From NCBI GenBank assembly GCA_946965045.2, contig OX337237.1:124001-188000 (forward strand): a stretch of DNA of 64,000 bases, given 5' to 3'. Under the pieces are notes generated by a model. That model searched no databases and was not told the DNA's origin. It saw only the letters and a program-made list of their open reading frames with translations. Within the stretch, counting starts at the first letter, position 1; the number at the start of each line of letters is the position of its first letter. The stretch comes from Epithemia pelagica (lineage: Eukaryota > Protista > Bacillariophyta). A program made the position numbers and the translations under genes. Positions 20,555 to 33,700 of this stretch are shown one piece after another.

Positions 20555-20873
20555 TAACGTATGAAAAATTTGGATTCTCTATTTGTGATACTGTGATAGA
20601 CACCCAAGATACGAATAGAGGACATACCAGAAGTCAGTCAACAGTCGACAAGCCTGCGATCCCGGACACTCGCCTTTTCTCTCTCTTGTACATTTGCTTG
20701 AGAGGAAGGCATTTATCGCATCGCAGAGCGCGCCAACCGAACGAGGCCGTTGGTCCTTCTACCTCACAAAAGGGGACAATGCGATAACGTTCACCAAAAG
20801 CGCAAAGCGCGCAATCCATCCGTCGATCGCTCCTCGACCTTGTACCCTCGACACTGGTGATTCCAGCACCAGA

Positions 20874-22672
20874 ATGAGCTCAAACATGGATGGCAATGAC
20901 CTTATGAGGTCAAGTATAGGCTCGGACTTCTTGACTCCCCAAAGGGATTCGAACAACATGAATCCAATGAGTACATGCAAGAGATCTGAAATGGATCACG
21001 TGGACCTTGCCAGCGAAAGAACGAACACAGACACGAGTGATGGCCAAAGAACGACATGGCAAACCTCAAATTCATGGCCTCCTCTAAAGGATGGAGGGCG
21101 TTCCGGACATGCGATAGTGACAGTCTCGGTCGGTGACAACAAGGATCATTTGGTTGTCATTGGTGGATGGGTTCAGGCGACTAAAAGACGTAAGGTATGC
21201 TCTGCGTCGGTTGCGATCATGGATATTCCAACGGACGAACTGACTACGGCCCGACACTGGAAGGAGGCACCTCCCATGAATGAAGCACGGGCAACCTTTT
21301 GTGCAGTTTCGTGTCGCTCCAAAATTTATGCTATTGGTGGGATGGGTGAGGAAAGAGCACTCAATTCCATTGAATATATCAATATCGCAGATCTTCTTAA
21401 GCACAAGAAACGAACTTCAATGGGATTGGAAACAAAAACGTGCTGGCAAAAATCGTCTTCTCAGCTGAAGGTTGAAAGAGCGGGATGTTCCGCTGCCGTG
21501 ATAGAAAACCGTTACATTGTGGTTGTGGGGGGTTACTGCTATCACAGCACTTTGATTCCCAGCGTTGACATTGTGGACACAAACAACCCCGATCACCCAG
21601 TTGTGAAAAACGTGTCTTTCTCGCTGGAGCTTCGTGTACCACGTGCGTCCAAGTGTCGTGGCGGTGGAAACCACAGTGTATGTGATTGGTGGGTTATTCG
21701 TGAAAGGTGGTGACAACGAATCTGAATCTAGTTTGGACTCTATGGAATATGGAATGCATAGAGTTCAACCTGGATCAAATATTGGACCCCATGGAGAAAG
21801 AGAATCAAGGGGCAATTGATGACAACACAAATTCGTTTCCCCAAATCACGTCATGGAAAGTTCATTCTATGAAGCTCAGCGTTGCTCGCTATAATGCCGC
21901 TGCGATTGTCGTAGACAAAAACATTGTGGTTGCCGGGGGCAAGGGTTGCGATGAATACGCATAATGATCGGGTCTCCAAATTGCCAGACATGAAAATCGG
22001 AAGAAATGGCCAGTTTCTTACCAATCTCCCTAGCAATGGCCTACTGATCTCAGTGAGCGGTGCGAAGAATGACACTTCGACGGAAGTACTGCCTTTCTTG
22101 CGTCCCTCCAAACGGCAGAGTAATCAAGGTCCCTCGGTACGTTTTCATGCTTTGTCTTTCTTGTTTTCCGTCTGTGTCGTCAGTTGTATATACTCTCATC
22201 AATGATTGCTTGCCTGTCTGGACGAAAACAACAGCAGAATATCAACAAAAAACCGCGACGACGGGCCACGAAACGCAAAGCTGCTCCCTTACAACCGACC
22301 CGTTTGTCACGACTCAAAGAAGAAAAGAAGGAGAAAGAACAACACTTTCATCGAGAGATGAATGGCCGATTAAAAATTCTGGACAGCCAGAAATGCCAAT
22401 ACCTGTCCACTCGTGTGGAAGAATTGGAACAAAAGGATCGCAAACGTGTGCAAGACCTTGAAGTGTTGAAGCAAACCAATCGTGAGCTATCTAATAAGAA
22501 TGAAATGTTGACCAATGAAAACAATGAGTTGAAAAAACTGAATCAGGCACTTTCGGATGATGTCAAATGGCATAAGCAAACGATGCAAATGTGGATGCAA
22601 ACGACGCGTAGCAATCAAGACACCGGGGACTTTCCCAATCGTTCTGGAATACCGAAAAGACCCGACCCTTAA
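20874..22672 (+). pseudogene. Kelch-repeat + coiled-coil protein with three frameshifts
   Basis: Kelch motifs GGRSGHA, MNEARATFCAV, IYAIGG and IVVAGG are spread over three reading frames. Shifts occur near 21648, at the ATGGAAT tandem duplication (21742-21755) and near 21950. A candidate intron begins at 22137 and a coiled-coil exon runs to 22672. Confidence 0.8.
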
Positions 22673-25238
22673 CAACGAGCCATGACAATGCAAGAAACGA
22701 CGAGGTTTGTGTCCGGTCCTGTCGATCAGACAAGAGCTCACCGATTTTCCAGTTATTGAATGGCATCTTGCTAGTCCATTCCCTGATCGTGTGGATTGTG
22801 CAGAGGAAGGGTTGAGGAAGTTTATTTACGGTTGTGTCCTGACACTACGAGAATTTCAGTAGTTGTATGATCGCCATCACCTACATCCACGGTTAGTGGA
22901 GTAGATCAGGATCTAAAGTGTATTGATCTGTTGTGGTTTTACAGTTGTCTTTTGATACTGGTATCAATCGATCCATCTCTCGTGATGCTAATGAAGATTC
23001 GATGAATGAAAGAGTCGGGGCGCGTGGATCTGGACCGTGACCTATGTGACGTGGCAAGACTCGTTGCTTCTGCGCGCGACTGCACTTTAGTCGCTTGTAA
23101 AGTCGCAGCAAACACATCACTCCCCTCTGATCGACAGGATGTCAATATGTCAAGTGTCCCGTCGATCATGGTGTCAAGGATGTTGCCGTCGCGTTCGTTC
23201 AACCATGGTCCACGAAGGCAAACGAGCGTTATCACCGTCATGGGAGAAATAAAAACCGTGGCTTGGTTTCATGTTGTGGCAGACGGTTCATGGTCTAATC
23301 TACCAATCACAAGTCGTATGATGGCTTTGGCGGGTCCTGATGGCTCGGTGGAGCATGGTACTGTATTTATGGCATGGACACACTTCGAGTCCTTCCATAC
23401 TGCCAAATCTCCACCCCTTCCACGGCGATCAACGACTATGAAGACACATTGAGGGACCAAGAACTGCCACCAACCGTATTGTCCATTGGCTGCTCACGTT
23501 AAGAGCATTGAACGAACACGGCCCCAAAATGATGACGAATGCATTGATCTCATGAGATTCAGAGAAGCCGACAGGTCATTGAAGTACAACAGAAAGGAAC
23601 GTCGTCACTTGAAATGTGCTCCAAGTCTCTTGATCATGCTCGGAGAGCTTCCGAAACTTCTTGTCGTCCTGAACATTGCCGCCATCACCACCGTCTTCCA
23701 CCTCCATGAGGTTCCAGTCGCATGATCGGAACGCAACAGACACTGTCGGTTGTTAGCAGATGCTCCTCGTGAGGACATTCTCTGGAAGGGGACCACCAGG
23801 ACGACGTCTTTGCACCACCATATCTCCAACGAAGGAAACAGACTAGGGATGGTTTCGCGTTCTGACGCGTGACGTGCAACAAGTCCACGTTACATCGTCA
23901 AGTCGTCATCTTCACGGCGGTTCGGTTCATTTGTTCCCGAAGAGGAACGGACAATCAGGATAGAAGCGCTGTGCAGTTTTGGAATGCCCTATCACGAATG
24001 TCGGCTTTGGTGTTCTTCTTCTTGAGAGTAGTAGAAAGCCTCTTGGTTACTTTGTCCAGACACTCGGTCGAACCTCCCATTGGACTGACGTTGACTCATT
24101 TGGAGAATTGGACTGAGGACAATCATGACAACAAGCCCTTATGCTGGGCGGTGGAATTACGTAGCACTTCTAGAGATATGGGACAGAGAGCAGGTGGCCT
24201 CGTGATGACCACCCATACACATGGTCTATGACATCCTCATGCTTGTTGGAACAGTGCTTTAGAACAAATAGGAAAGTTTCGGAAGATTGTTTCGCCTCAG
24301 AAAGGAGCCTGGCGACATCATTCAAAAACAGACTTAGCATAAATTGACCAACGAGCAGGAGAATGCTCCCCATAACAGACATGAAGTCACAGACAGTTTT
24401 TTCTACGATTATAATAGCAGAGTTCGGGTAGATAAGCCATCAGATACAATCTGATGGCTCGATTGCTGTAATTCTTTCCTAAAATCGGATCAGATTGCCT
24501 CTGATCATGATCGAGACGGTCACGATACCGACCAAGACAAATCGTGGGCATCATACAGTTGCAGTGACACGTCTTGTCAATTTCCTAGAGGACCATCGTC
24601 ACCTCTCACTGGGAGGTTTATTCACGAACTACGTCGACCACTCGGACACTCCCAAATCAGACGGGGTCTCATTTTTTGTTGTGACCATGGTGATTGGTGA
24701 TAATATATAATATGGTGATACTCTCTACCTAGATACCTTCTAGACATAGCGAGCTAGCCTTGCTAACCGTAAAATCCTGTGTGTGGGCGTGTCGCCACGT
24801 ACGAATTAAATTTCAATAAACAGAGGTATGAACGGGGTATGGGGTATGGAGGATAGAGAGTAATTGATTCTCTCATACTCCTAGCAAGTAGCAAGTATTG
24901 AGCATGAAGAAAAAGCCAATAATACTCATCTCTCGATGAGATTATGCACAATTTCTGCGTTGGATGCAGGATGCAGGATGCTCGTATTCTTCATGGTGTG
25001 TTGACGACGAGTACAGACAAGCCATAGAATTAATTTCGAATCAGGATTGTCCAATGATGTATTGAGTGTATCCATGTCAGACGAATATGCAGTCTTGCTT
25101 GGACATCGATGGGATAGTTTATAGGAGTAGTTTTGTCTGAATATAATGATTAGCTTGCTCGTCGCTCGTCGGTGTATCACTGCTCAAGTGGTAGTAATTC
25201 TAGGATCTCTCTAATGCTTCTACTTTAATGCTATTCCA

Positions 25239-26530
25239 ATGGGAGCAAACATGAAAAGAAGTCCCTCGCCTCAGCACCATGAGACCCACGGCGAAGAACA
25301 GGCCGCTGCGCCCACTGCACCACAAGCAGGAACTGTTGTAGAACCGACGCAAGATGATGTTTTATTGGGTAGAGGAAGTCTTATGATGCGTTGGTCTGGG
25401 AACAAGAGATACCAAGTGGAGGTTGACCGGAATGCAAAGAGATACTACGATTCATCTGGGAGATCACTACGAAGTAAAATAGTACTGGAAGTCATGAGAA
25501 CGGTTGAGGAGTGGGGTGGCCGATTCCTGGATCAGTCTGAGCCTAATGGACCATGGTGTATCGCTGAGTTTACCAAGGTTCGCAAAAAAGTTGGCCATGT
25601 AAGAGAAACAACACCATTGTTCGAATACTAGAGGTGGGCGAGATTGTCTAACCACGATTTTTTACCTTTCAGGCTCTTCGATATCGTACGGAAATACTCA
25701 ATATTGAAAGGGCAAATCAATCTTCCCTGTACCAAGACATTCAAATGCCTGATGCTCCTTCTTCTTCTGATCCGATATTTGACCCAATGGCAGCAAGCCA
25801 AACCAGGCCTCCCACCATTTCCTCTTCGTCAGTGGTGCATTTGGACGAGAAAGGAACATCCTCGGTGGGCCGGAGCGTTCAGGCATCAGACCAGAAGTAT
25901 TCTGCTTCCAGTGAAAAAGTCCTCGCCCCTGTGGATTCTCAGTCGTCACCTTTGGTTGCCGCTGGACATGACAGCAACTCTTCCATTGATTTCTCTGTTA
26001 GTGCTCTAAACGAATTGGAGGAGTCGTCAACGGTGCAATCCTCGCAGCCCCTTTTGATGAGCGATAAGGACATTTTGTCAGCTGTCGGATATGACCATTC
26101 ATCTGTTGTCAGAGCTGCTGGACCGCATCCTCGAAGACTTGAAGCAGCAGAAATGCCTTTTATGTACCCAAGCGCATTACAATCACCAAATGTTCATCAG
26201 GCTATTCAACCACCATTGCCCTGGACACAAAGCGGCATGGCACCAAATGGCACTGGAGGAACACCTCCTCACCAACCATGGTTTACACAAGAACCATCAC
26301 AGGAAAGCACTGGAATGATGGGAGACAGCTCGTGGCATCAGGGTGAACAGTCCAATGAGGAAATGGTTTTGAGTGATGACTTGGAACCTCTTCATGTGTT
26401 TGCTGCTGGAGAATCTCCAGGAGAAAAGCAACAATCTAGTGCCAGTTGTACTATGGAATTGAACGACTCCAACAGGACACTGGAGGAAAGTAAAACCAAG
26501 CCTGGACGCATACAATTTGACTCCAGCTAA
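25239..26530 (+). CDS. DUF6824-type domain protein; exons 25239..25598 and 25673..26530
   Basis: PTQDDVLLGRG...GNKRY...GGRFL...W...RKKVGH|ALR is restored by the GT..AG intron 25599-25672. The C-terminus is low-complexity. Confidence 0.85.
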
Positions 26531-27576
26531 CGAGTCTCAACTCCTTGTTCCCACAATTTATCGACACCACTCCAGCGAATCGAACGATTATCTTTTGACG
26601 CCTTTTGCGCATTATTTTTGACATGATTAGCCCTGACTACAGTTGTGGCTGGCCTTTTGTTTTGCTTCATGGCCTCCACCAACAATTCAAATCAGGATGC
26701 TACTATCATTGCCTTTCTTCACAGAACCTCGTTATGTTTAATCTTTTGTGTTTTTCATCATCTTGTCTAGAATACCTGTTGGCTTTAACATCATCCTTCA
26801 CCTCGTAGGACAAGGACGCATTAAGTCGAAGTGGAAATGAAGCGGTTCGCTTTTCGCTTTGAGAACTGAGAACGGGAACGGTGACTCATGACTCAGTTAT
26901 CCCACTCCCTGAGAAAGGGACGGGAATAAACTTACTGACAGCAAGTCAGTCATCTATCTTGACCGAAAGTGACCACTAATCTCCCTGACCAAACCCTTGA
27001 TTTCCCGTAGCAATGGAAAATAATGTAATCTGGTAGGAGTAGGAGTAGGATTACTCCTAGCCGTCGAATTTTCGAGGCAGGTTGCTTCTCGCCAACTTTT
27101 ACTCTTATGCATTACCCAAAAATGAAAGTAAATAGCAACTAGGAGTACAGCCTTCTGAAGTACAACCTTCTGTTGAGAGGGATGACGTAGAAGTGAAGAA
27201 TTTATGCTTATCATCTATGATTCTTGATTCTACCTAGGTTGGCGATCCTCTTTAGGCACAATGAATAATCACTTGTCGTGAATGACTAGGAATCAAAAGT
27301 AGTAGGGGTATGTGGCCTAGGAGAATAGCCATACGAAGGTCGGTAGGAATAACGAAGGACAATCGTTTGGTCGAAACAGTTGTTGTGTGCTGTCTCAAAA
27401 AATCATAACTGACCGAAACTGCGTCACCCGTCATGTAATCATCGAGTCGACCGAATGAGAAAGTGACGGGTTACGGACGATGGGTGTGTGATTGTGCCCA
27501 ATAAGTTAGCTGTTAGACGCCGAACGGACGTGGTTTTTTGTGTCTCGATCCAAGAAGTTCCTGTGGCTTCTAGGCC

Positions 27577-27836
27577 TTAATGTGCTCAAGCTAATCTGGC
27601 GATAAAGGCCCAAGAGACTAACTGACGAACGCACAACTGACACATCGACAGAATATGCGACTGACTATCCCAAGACGATCTCGTGCGTATCTTGAAGATC
27701 AAAGATCTACCAGTTTGCATGAAGACGACTTTGGATTGAAAGTTGATCGGGTCACTGTCTTTCAGGTTGATTGTTGGTTGAGGTGCTATACGTTGCAGGT
27801 ATTGTATCTCCTCTTGTGATCATCTGTTTTTGTTTT
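27577..27836 (+). repeat. Split direct repeat A1 (260 bp)
   Basis: Matches 36376-36635. Confidence 0.95.
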
Positions 27837-27867
27837 CTTTCGTCGTTTACGCCCTGCCACTGCCCCC

Positions 27868-30726
27868 ATGTCGTCGTCTGGCTTTTCTGCTCGTGCTTCG
27901 CTTTATCGCGATTTGCGTCCTGGTTCGCGTACCGAGCGTTCCGCTTCTCCGGTGTCTTTTCCGCCTCCTGCTCCTCCGCTCACGTCTCCGTCTGGCGAAC
28001 TTGCGGTGGCTTTGTCGGATCTCGGCTTGGGGGTGGGCGTATCGACTGTGCAGGACCCTTCGGCGCAGGGCTCTCGTGGTGCTGCGTCGGCTAGTACGGG
28101 GGGGGAGTTTGTGTCGGTGCCTTCTGTTCGTTCGTTCGGTGACCAGTTCTTAGTGGATGCCACTATGGATCCCGGTGCGAGCACGGAAAGTCGCGAGTCT
28201 TTTTCGTTGGGCGGACTCACGGAGGCGGAGTTGCTTGCAGCTACTCTACGTGTTGAAGCCCACGCGGCTACGCAGCGTGGAACGGTTCCGGAAAGTCTGA
28301 GTGAAGGACGTGCTTCATCCGCGAGTCTCTTCAAGAGCACCATCAAGCCGGAACGGGTGAAGACTGCTCGTGACACGAGTCAGTTCGTGGACTATGGTTT
28401 TGCGAGTAGTGCCCCTTCGGACTCGCGTGAGGTGACGTTCCATCCGGACGCTCGCTCCAAACTTACTAAAGGTGAGCTTCCTGCGATTGCGGAGACTAAC
28501 ATGAGTGTTAATTCGTCTGCCGAGTTGCAAAACTCGGTTTCGTTGATTGCAGTCGATTTAGCGGAGGATAAGTTTTGTGGAGCAGTCGTGGGAGTTGCAG
28601 GCAAGTTCTGCCTCCATCTTAAGGGACAGTGTCCCAAGAAGTCGCATCGGAAAGCGACATCGTTCCTAGGAAGTCTACGGGAACAAGGGCTAGAGGAATG
28701 TCTGTTTATTTGCGTTCCCATGCCGAAGAGTAGCAATGGTCATGGTCAACTGCCTACGCTTGCTTTTCAGGATCCTTTCTTGGAATCCACCCAGTTGGAC
28801 CGATCCAAGGTCCAAGAAATGCTCCAAGCGCACAAACCAGTGTGGCTGTGGTCTTCGATGTTCGCGATGCTCAGTGGTGAGACGCAAGGCGACCAACAGG
28901 GTACCTCAACACTCAGTGATCTCCCCGGGACGCCTCGTCGCCACAAGACGCTCGACCAAATTCAAGCAGAGGCGACTCAGACGGCGTTTACTCCTGCTCG
29001 ACGTCTAGAGTTGGAAGATGTGGAGGTCCCATCTCCAACCAGTGAGGAAAGTGAACTCGAGGATGTTGATCCTCTCCTCGATGAGGACACGTTCAGGAAC
29101 CGTGTTGCTCGCAACACGGTGACAACTGCACAGGTCCAACGTGCTACTTCCGCGGAACTCACGACCATGCGTTTGCGCCAATCTGAACAAAACCAGTTGT
29201 TGAATGTGTTGGTTGACAAGGTCAACGTCCTCAGTGGATTGTTAGGAGCGCCACCAGAAGATTCAGTGGCAACGACGGTGTGGCAAGCCATTAGTGAATG
29301 GCATCAGCAACAAGAAGAGAAGAAGATTAACCCGTCGTTGTTGGAAGCCATCAAGGAAACGCAAAAGTTACATGGAGCAAGTTTTCAACGCATGTATGAC
29401 AGCATCAACGCTCTGTCAAACCAGTTGCAAGACACCAAGATTGAGGCTATCCATTCATCCAGAAAGGAAGTAGTGGCCATGCTCACAGGCGAGGTGAACA
29501 AAGCCATCTGGGCTGAACTTTCAAAGGTGTCGCCCACGCTCAAAGTAGCAGAGAAGTTTTTTATTCGCGGCGGTCTCTCCGAATTTGAAGAACACATACG
29601 CAAGACGACAGCCGACGCTGTGCGAGCAGCAGGAGGAAACAACGGCCATTCATCGTTATTCAACCTGACGCAAGCCGAGGTGGACGACATCAAGCGGTTG
29701 ATTGTCAAGTTAGAAGAAGAAAGCGAATTGAACAAGGTTCGGCTCACTGACATCGAAGCCAGATCCGAGAATTATACTGTGGAGGTAGAAGGCCACCAGT
29801 TTTCTTCATTGTCACAGGTTGCGGCATTTGTTGCGTCCAATGGCGTCCCAGACTCGGTGCTAAAGTTTGTTGATGCCATCAGTTTGATGGAAAAATCGAC
29901 CACAGGTTCTCAAAGTTTCACCGAGAACGTGGACGTTCACTACCGAGGTCAACGCTCTAACATGGAGTCGCCCAGTGACCAAAAGGGGCTTTACTCCTTC
30001 CAGTTAATTGCTCCCACTGCCTTGGCCGGAACTCCTGATCAGGCGAGAAACAACCCAAGAAAGTTAGTGCGAATGGAAACCTACCAGAAATTCAAGGGGT
30101 CAGGGTCTCGTGACATGGGAGCCGCTAACATGATCCGCAAAATGATTGCCGACAAATACCCGCCTTTGCTGTCGGAAATTGAGGCCTCCACCATGTCACG
30201 CGAAGCCAAAGTCATAGCCCGGTTCCTTCTCTCTGAGTCTCGGAGTTTTCTGGACTCTCTTTTTATTTTCATGAAGGATCAAGTTGAGGACTATGGGGCG
30301 GATACTCAACTCTCTGAAGTTCGCAGATGGGACCTCGTGCAAAATATCACGAGGATCGTCTTTGAAGTCATCAGCCAACCGAGGCGTGGATGCAGCGAGA
30401 TCACGCTGAATCAAGCCACATCCCTCGAACGGGCTCCAGAGCTATTGTGGTCGGTTCTTCAATCCCACCGCTTACAGAAGGAGTTTCTGGATCATAATTT
30501 TAAGAACCATCCCAAGGTAGGGCCAATGTTGACCCACTTCTTGCTCGACGTGGTGAGCTTTCACGATGACGTCAATCCCATCGTGGACGATGTCAAAAAG
30601 GCATTGAGTGAGGCACAACAAGCGAAAAGGAAGGCAGACGCTGTGGAAAGTCAGGTCAAGAACTTACAAGGCCGATTGCCATCGAAGAAAGCAAAGCCAT
30701 CAAAAGAAGGATCTGAAGCATCATGA
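27868..30726 (+). CDS. Gag-like ORF1 (952 aa)
   Basis: First ORF of the element, with a C-x10-C-x6-C-x4-H cluster (KFCGAVVGVAGKFCLHLKGQCPKKSH), coiled-coil segments and a basic C-terminus. Confidence 0.75.
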   Translation: MSSSGFSARASLYRDLRPGSRTERSASPVSFPPPAPPLTSPSGELAVALSDLGLGVGVSTVQDPSAQGSRGAASASTGGEFVSVPSVRSFGDQFLVDATMDPGASTESRESFSLGGLTEAELLAATLRVEAHAATQRGTVPESLSEGRASSASLFKSTIKPERVKTARDTSQFVDYGFASSAPSDSREVTFHPDARSKLTKGELPAIAETNMSVNSSAELQNSVSLIAVDLAEDKFCGAVVGVAGKFCLHLKGQCPKKSHRKATSFLGSLREQGLEECLFICVPMPKSSNGHGQLPTLAFQDPFLESTQLDRSKVQEMLQAHKPVWLWSSMFAMLSGETQGDQQGTSTLSDLPGTPRRHKTLDQIQAEATQTAFTPARRLELEDVEVPSPTSEESELEDVDPLLDEDTFRNRVARNTVTTAQVQRATSAELTTMRLRQSEQNQLLNVLVDKVNVLSGLLGAPPEDSVATTVWQAISEWHQQQEEKKINPSLLEAIKETQKLHGASFQRMYDSINALSNQLQDTKIEAIHSSRKEVVAMLTGEVNKAIWAELSKVSPTLKVAEKFFIRGGLSEFEEHIRKTTADAVRAAGGNNGHSSLFNLTQAEVDDIKRLIVKLEEESELNKVRLTDIEARSENYTVEVEGHQFSSLSQVAAFVASNGVPDSVLKFVDAISLMEKSTTGSQSFTENVDVHYRGQRSNMESPSDQKGLYSFQLIAPTALAGTPDQARNNPRKLVRMETYQKFKGSGSRDMGAANMIRKMIADKYPPLLSEIEASTMSREAKVIARFLLSESRSFLDSLFIFMKDQVEDYGADTQLSEVRRWDLVQNITRIVFEVISQPRRGCSEITLNQATSLERAPELLWSVLQSHRLQKEFLDHNFKNHPKVGPMLTHFLLDVVSFHDDVNPIVDDVKKALSEAQQAKRKADAVESQVKNLQGRLPSKKAKPSKEGSEAS

Positions 30727-33700
30727 GTGCAACCAACATCAAAACAAGCACCGAAAGAGCGAGACTTAGAAGAAGACAATGCCGAAAAGAATTGCGGCAA
30801 AGAAGCACCGATCACCGAATCTTATTCGTCATGGATTCGTCGTCAGGTATCGTTGGCACCGGGAAGTCTGCGCTTGGGAATCATTTCGGAAGGGTTACCT
30901 GCGTGGCTGTTTCTGTCAGACAATCTGACGAACGGTCAATTGCGGTGGTTGATGATTCCAGATAACCAGCAACACTGGGAGAATCTCATTCCCAATGACA
31001 CCGAGGTTTACTGGTTAAGAGCGAAGCCAGAGGATGAACTGGGCGCAGCATCGATGGAGTCCGCATTAATGGACAAGGCTGATTGTGACGTGATTCTTTT
31101 CGAAGGAAAGTACCGGCCTCCAAGATCAAACTCGGATTTTTGGAAACGCTCCACTCAACTGGTACTATCTCAGCGGTCTCTCAGAGGCAAACCTCCGGCG
31201 GGATGGACGGCGTCATCACGAGTATTGAATCACGCCCAGTTAGGTGGCGTCACCAATTGGAGTTGTCGCATGCACGTGTGGAGCAAGGCGGAATCAACAG
31301 TCATCCCCTTTTGGGAGGACGAGATTCTTCAAGGGGCCGTCAGCTCCTTCGAGGATCTGTTAGACAAAAGACAAACAGGAAAGCGTGTACGCGAGGACTT
31401 TGAATCACCGCATTCTTCCCTCAAGAATCAAGTCGACTGTGCGACGATACAGAAGAAGAGAAAGAAATTATGGACGCTTCCCACGGTGTTTGGGTCTATG
31501 CGCACCAAACGTTGCTTGACCGTGTCTGAAGCGAGTTCGTGTTTGGATGTCCCCTCGTCTTTGGCGAAAAGGTTGAATGAATCCACGAGCGAAGTTGTGG
31601 TTCGAGAGCTGTCAAGTCCCATCAAGGTGGCAGCAGCTCTCGGAGCATGCCTCGTTGAATGGACGAAGAAACGAAGACGCAGTGAAGAAGAGGACGACAA
31701 TTTCAGTCCACGAAGAATGGAATCGAAGCGGAGTCGGGTGCAATGTGGAATAACATCGTCGCTCAACGGCATCACAGATGACGGGGCCAACTCCATTGCT
31801 AGTGATGCACCAGCATTGTCGACCAACACGCGTCGAGACCGAATGCAAGCATATCAACGCTTGAAAGACACAGGCGCGGACACCAACACCGAGAAGGCCG
31901 TCAAACATGATAAAGCGGCTGTTCCTGTGGAATTGTGGGACGACAGAGTCCGTTACTTGTTGGGTCTTTCGAAGATTGACGATCGCCACCGACGAGCCTT
32001 CACCAAGATGCGATCTGTGATGTTACGCCGCTGGAAGCGAAATGTTTTGCGATCGTGGGTTGATTGGTGGAATAAGAATAAAGATAATATAAAATACAAT
32101 GAACCACGCTGGTGGAAGTTGTTGTATGAGCGAGGTTATCAAGCGTGTCGGCATGCTTTTCAATCGGACTTCTGGAGCTGGCCAAGTGGATCCGGAGTAT
32201 TTTTCTGGCGATGGCCAACAGAATATATTCGCGACGTTGCTCTCGGAGTACCTCCCTTATGGACAGGAGTTCCTCGCCAAGTCTTGGAACCACAACAAGG
32301 TCTTGGAGACGAGGACACAATCTCGAAGATCAAGGAGAAACTCGACGACGTACGCCAGAAGAAATACGTCGCCCCTGGGCAATGGAAGGCAACCATGAAC
32401 TATTTTGCAGTGCCCAAGGGTGAAACAGATATCAGAATGGTGTATGATGGAACAAAAAGCGGGCTGAATGACTGTTTATACGCACCATGGTTCCCCCTCC
32501 CGGATGCCGACGTCCTGATACGGACCCTTGATGACTCCTATTGGTGTGTAGATAATGATTATGGGGAAATGTTCCTCAATTTTTGGATACACCCCGAACT
32601 TCAGGAGTTTAGTGGGATGGATCTCACGCCACTATTTGGCAAAACCGAATCGGGAGAATTGTACATTGAAGGGTGGTACAGATGTCCTATGGGACAAAGC
32701 CCGTCTCCATTTAACACTGTCCAACAGACAAGGCGACTGAAACGCGTCATGATGGGGGATGCGACTGACGAAGAAAACGTGTTTCGATGGGCAGTTGTAC
32801 GAGTGAATCTACCAGGATCAATTGACTACCAGCCCGGAATCCCGTGGATAGCTAAGTATCGTTCGACAGGCGAATTAGCTGCGGATGCACATGATTATGT
32901 AGACGACTTACGAGGCACTGGACCTACAGCCGAGGATGCTTGGCAAGTAAGTTCCAGAATTGCAAAGACGGCCGCTTTTCATGGCGTGCAAGACGCCGCA
33001 CGCAAACGAAGAGAGCAAACGCAGAGTCCTGGAGCATGGGCAGGTGTGGTCTGTGGAACGGAACCTCGACGTCCCTACAAAACCATCACACAAGAAAAAT
33101 GGGAGAAGACTAAGAAAGAAGTAAGCCGGCTCCGGGATGAGTTAGATTCATTAAAGGACGCTTCGCCCAAGAATACTATGAACAGCAAGACACTGGAGCA
33201 AGTGGCTGGGTTTCTCAATCATGTCGGTCGAGCATTCCCAGTCATCAGGATCTATCTAAACGGACTCTATGCGACGTTGAACAGCTGGAGGCCTGACAGA
33301 GATGACGAGGGTTGGAAAATTGGCTCGGACACCCTTCACCTCCAAGACCCTTTAGGGTTGGAAACTCCAAAGCGAGTTCGCATGGTTCCTCGTATGCGGT
33401 TCGATGTTGTGGCCCTGGAGGAGTTAACAAAAGCAGTAGCGCCACCACGCCGCATGTTGCGACCGGATAAACAAGGAGCAGTCGTGAGATATTTCTTCGG
33501 CGACGCATCGGGTGCTGGTTTTGGGATGTCTGGCTGGACGCCAGGAGACCAGGAAGTCGAGGTTGATTTTGGCGCGTGGGATCAAAAGGCCATGAGCGGA
33601 TCCTCGTCAAACTTCAGAGAATTGGCCAACATTGTCATGAAAGTGGAGCAAATGGATCAGGAGGGCCGATTGAATTCCCTGACCGAAGTATTTATTTTCA

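Noticed and set aside
22893-24400. Cluster of 60-150 aa ORFs on both strands
   Set aside because: No recognisable motifs and frequent stops; it may be a decayed gene but cannot be supported from sequence alone.
30724-30726. Selenocysteine recoding of the gag/pol UGA
   Set aside because: No SECIS-like element was identified and the context is not a redox motif.
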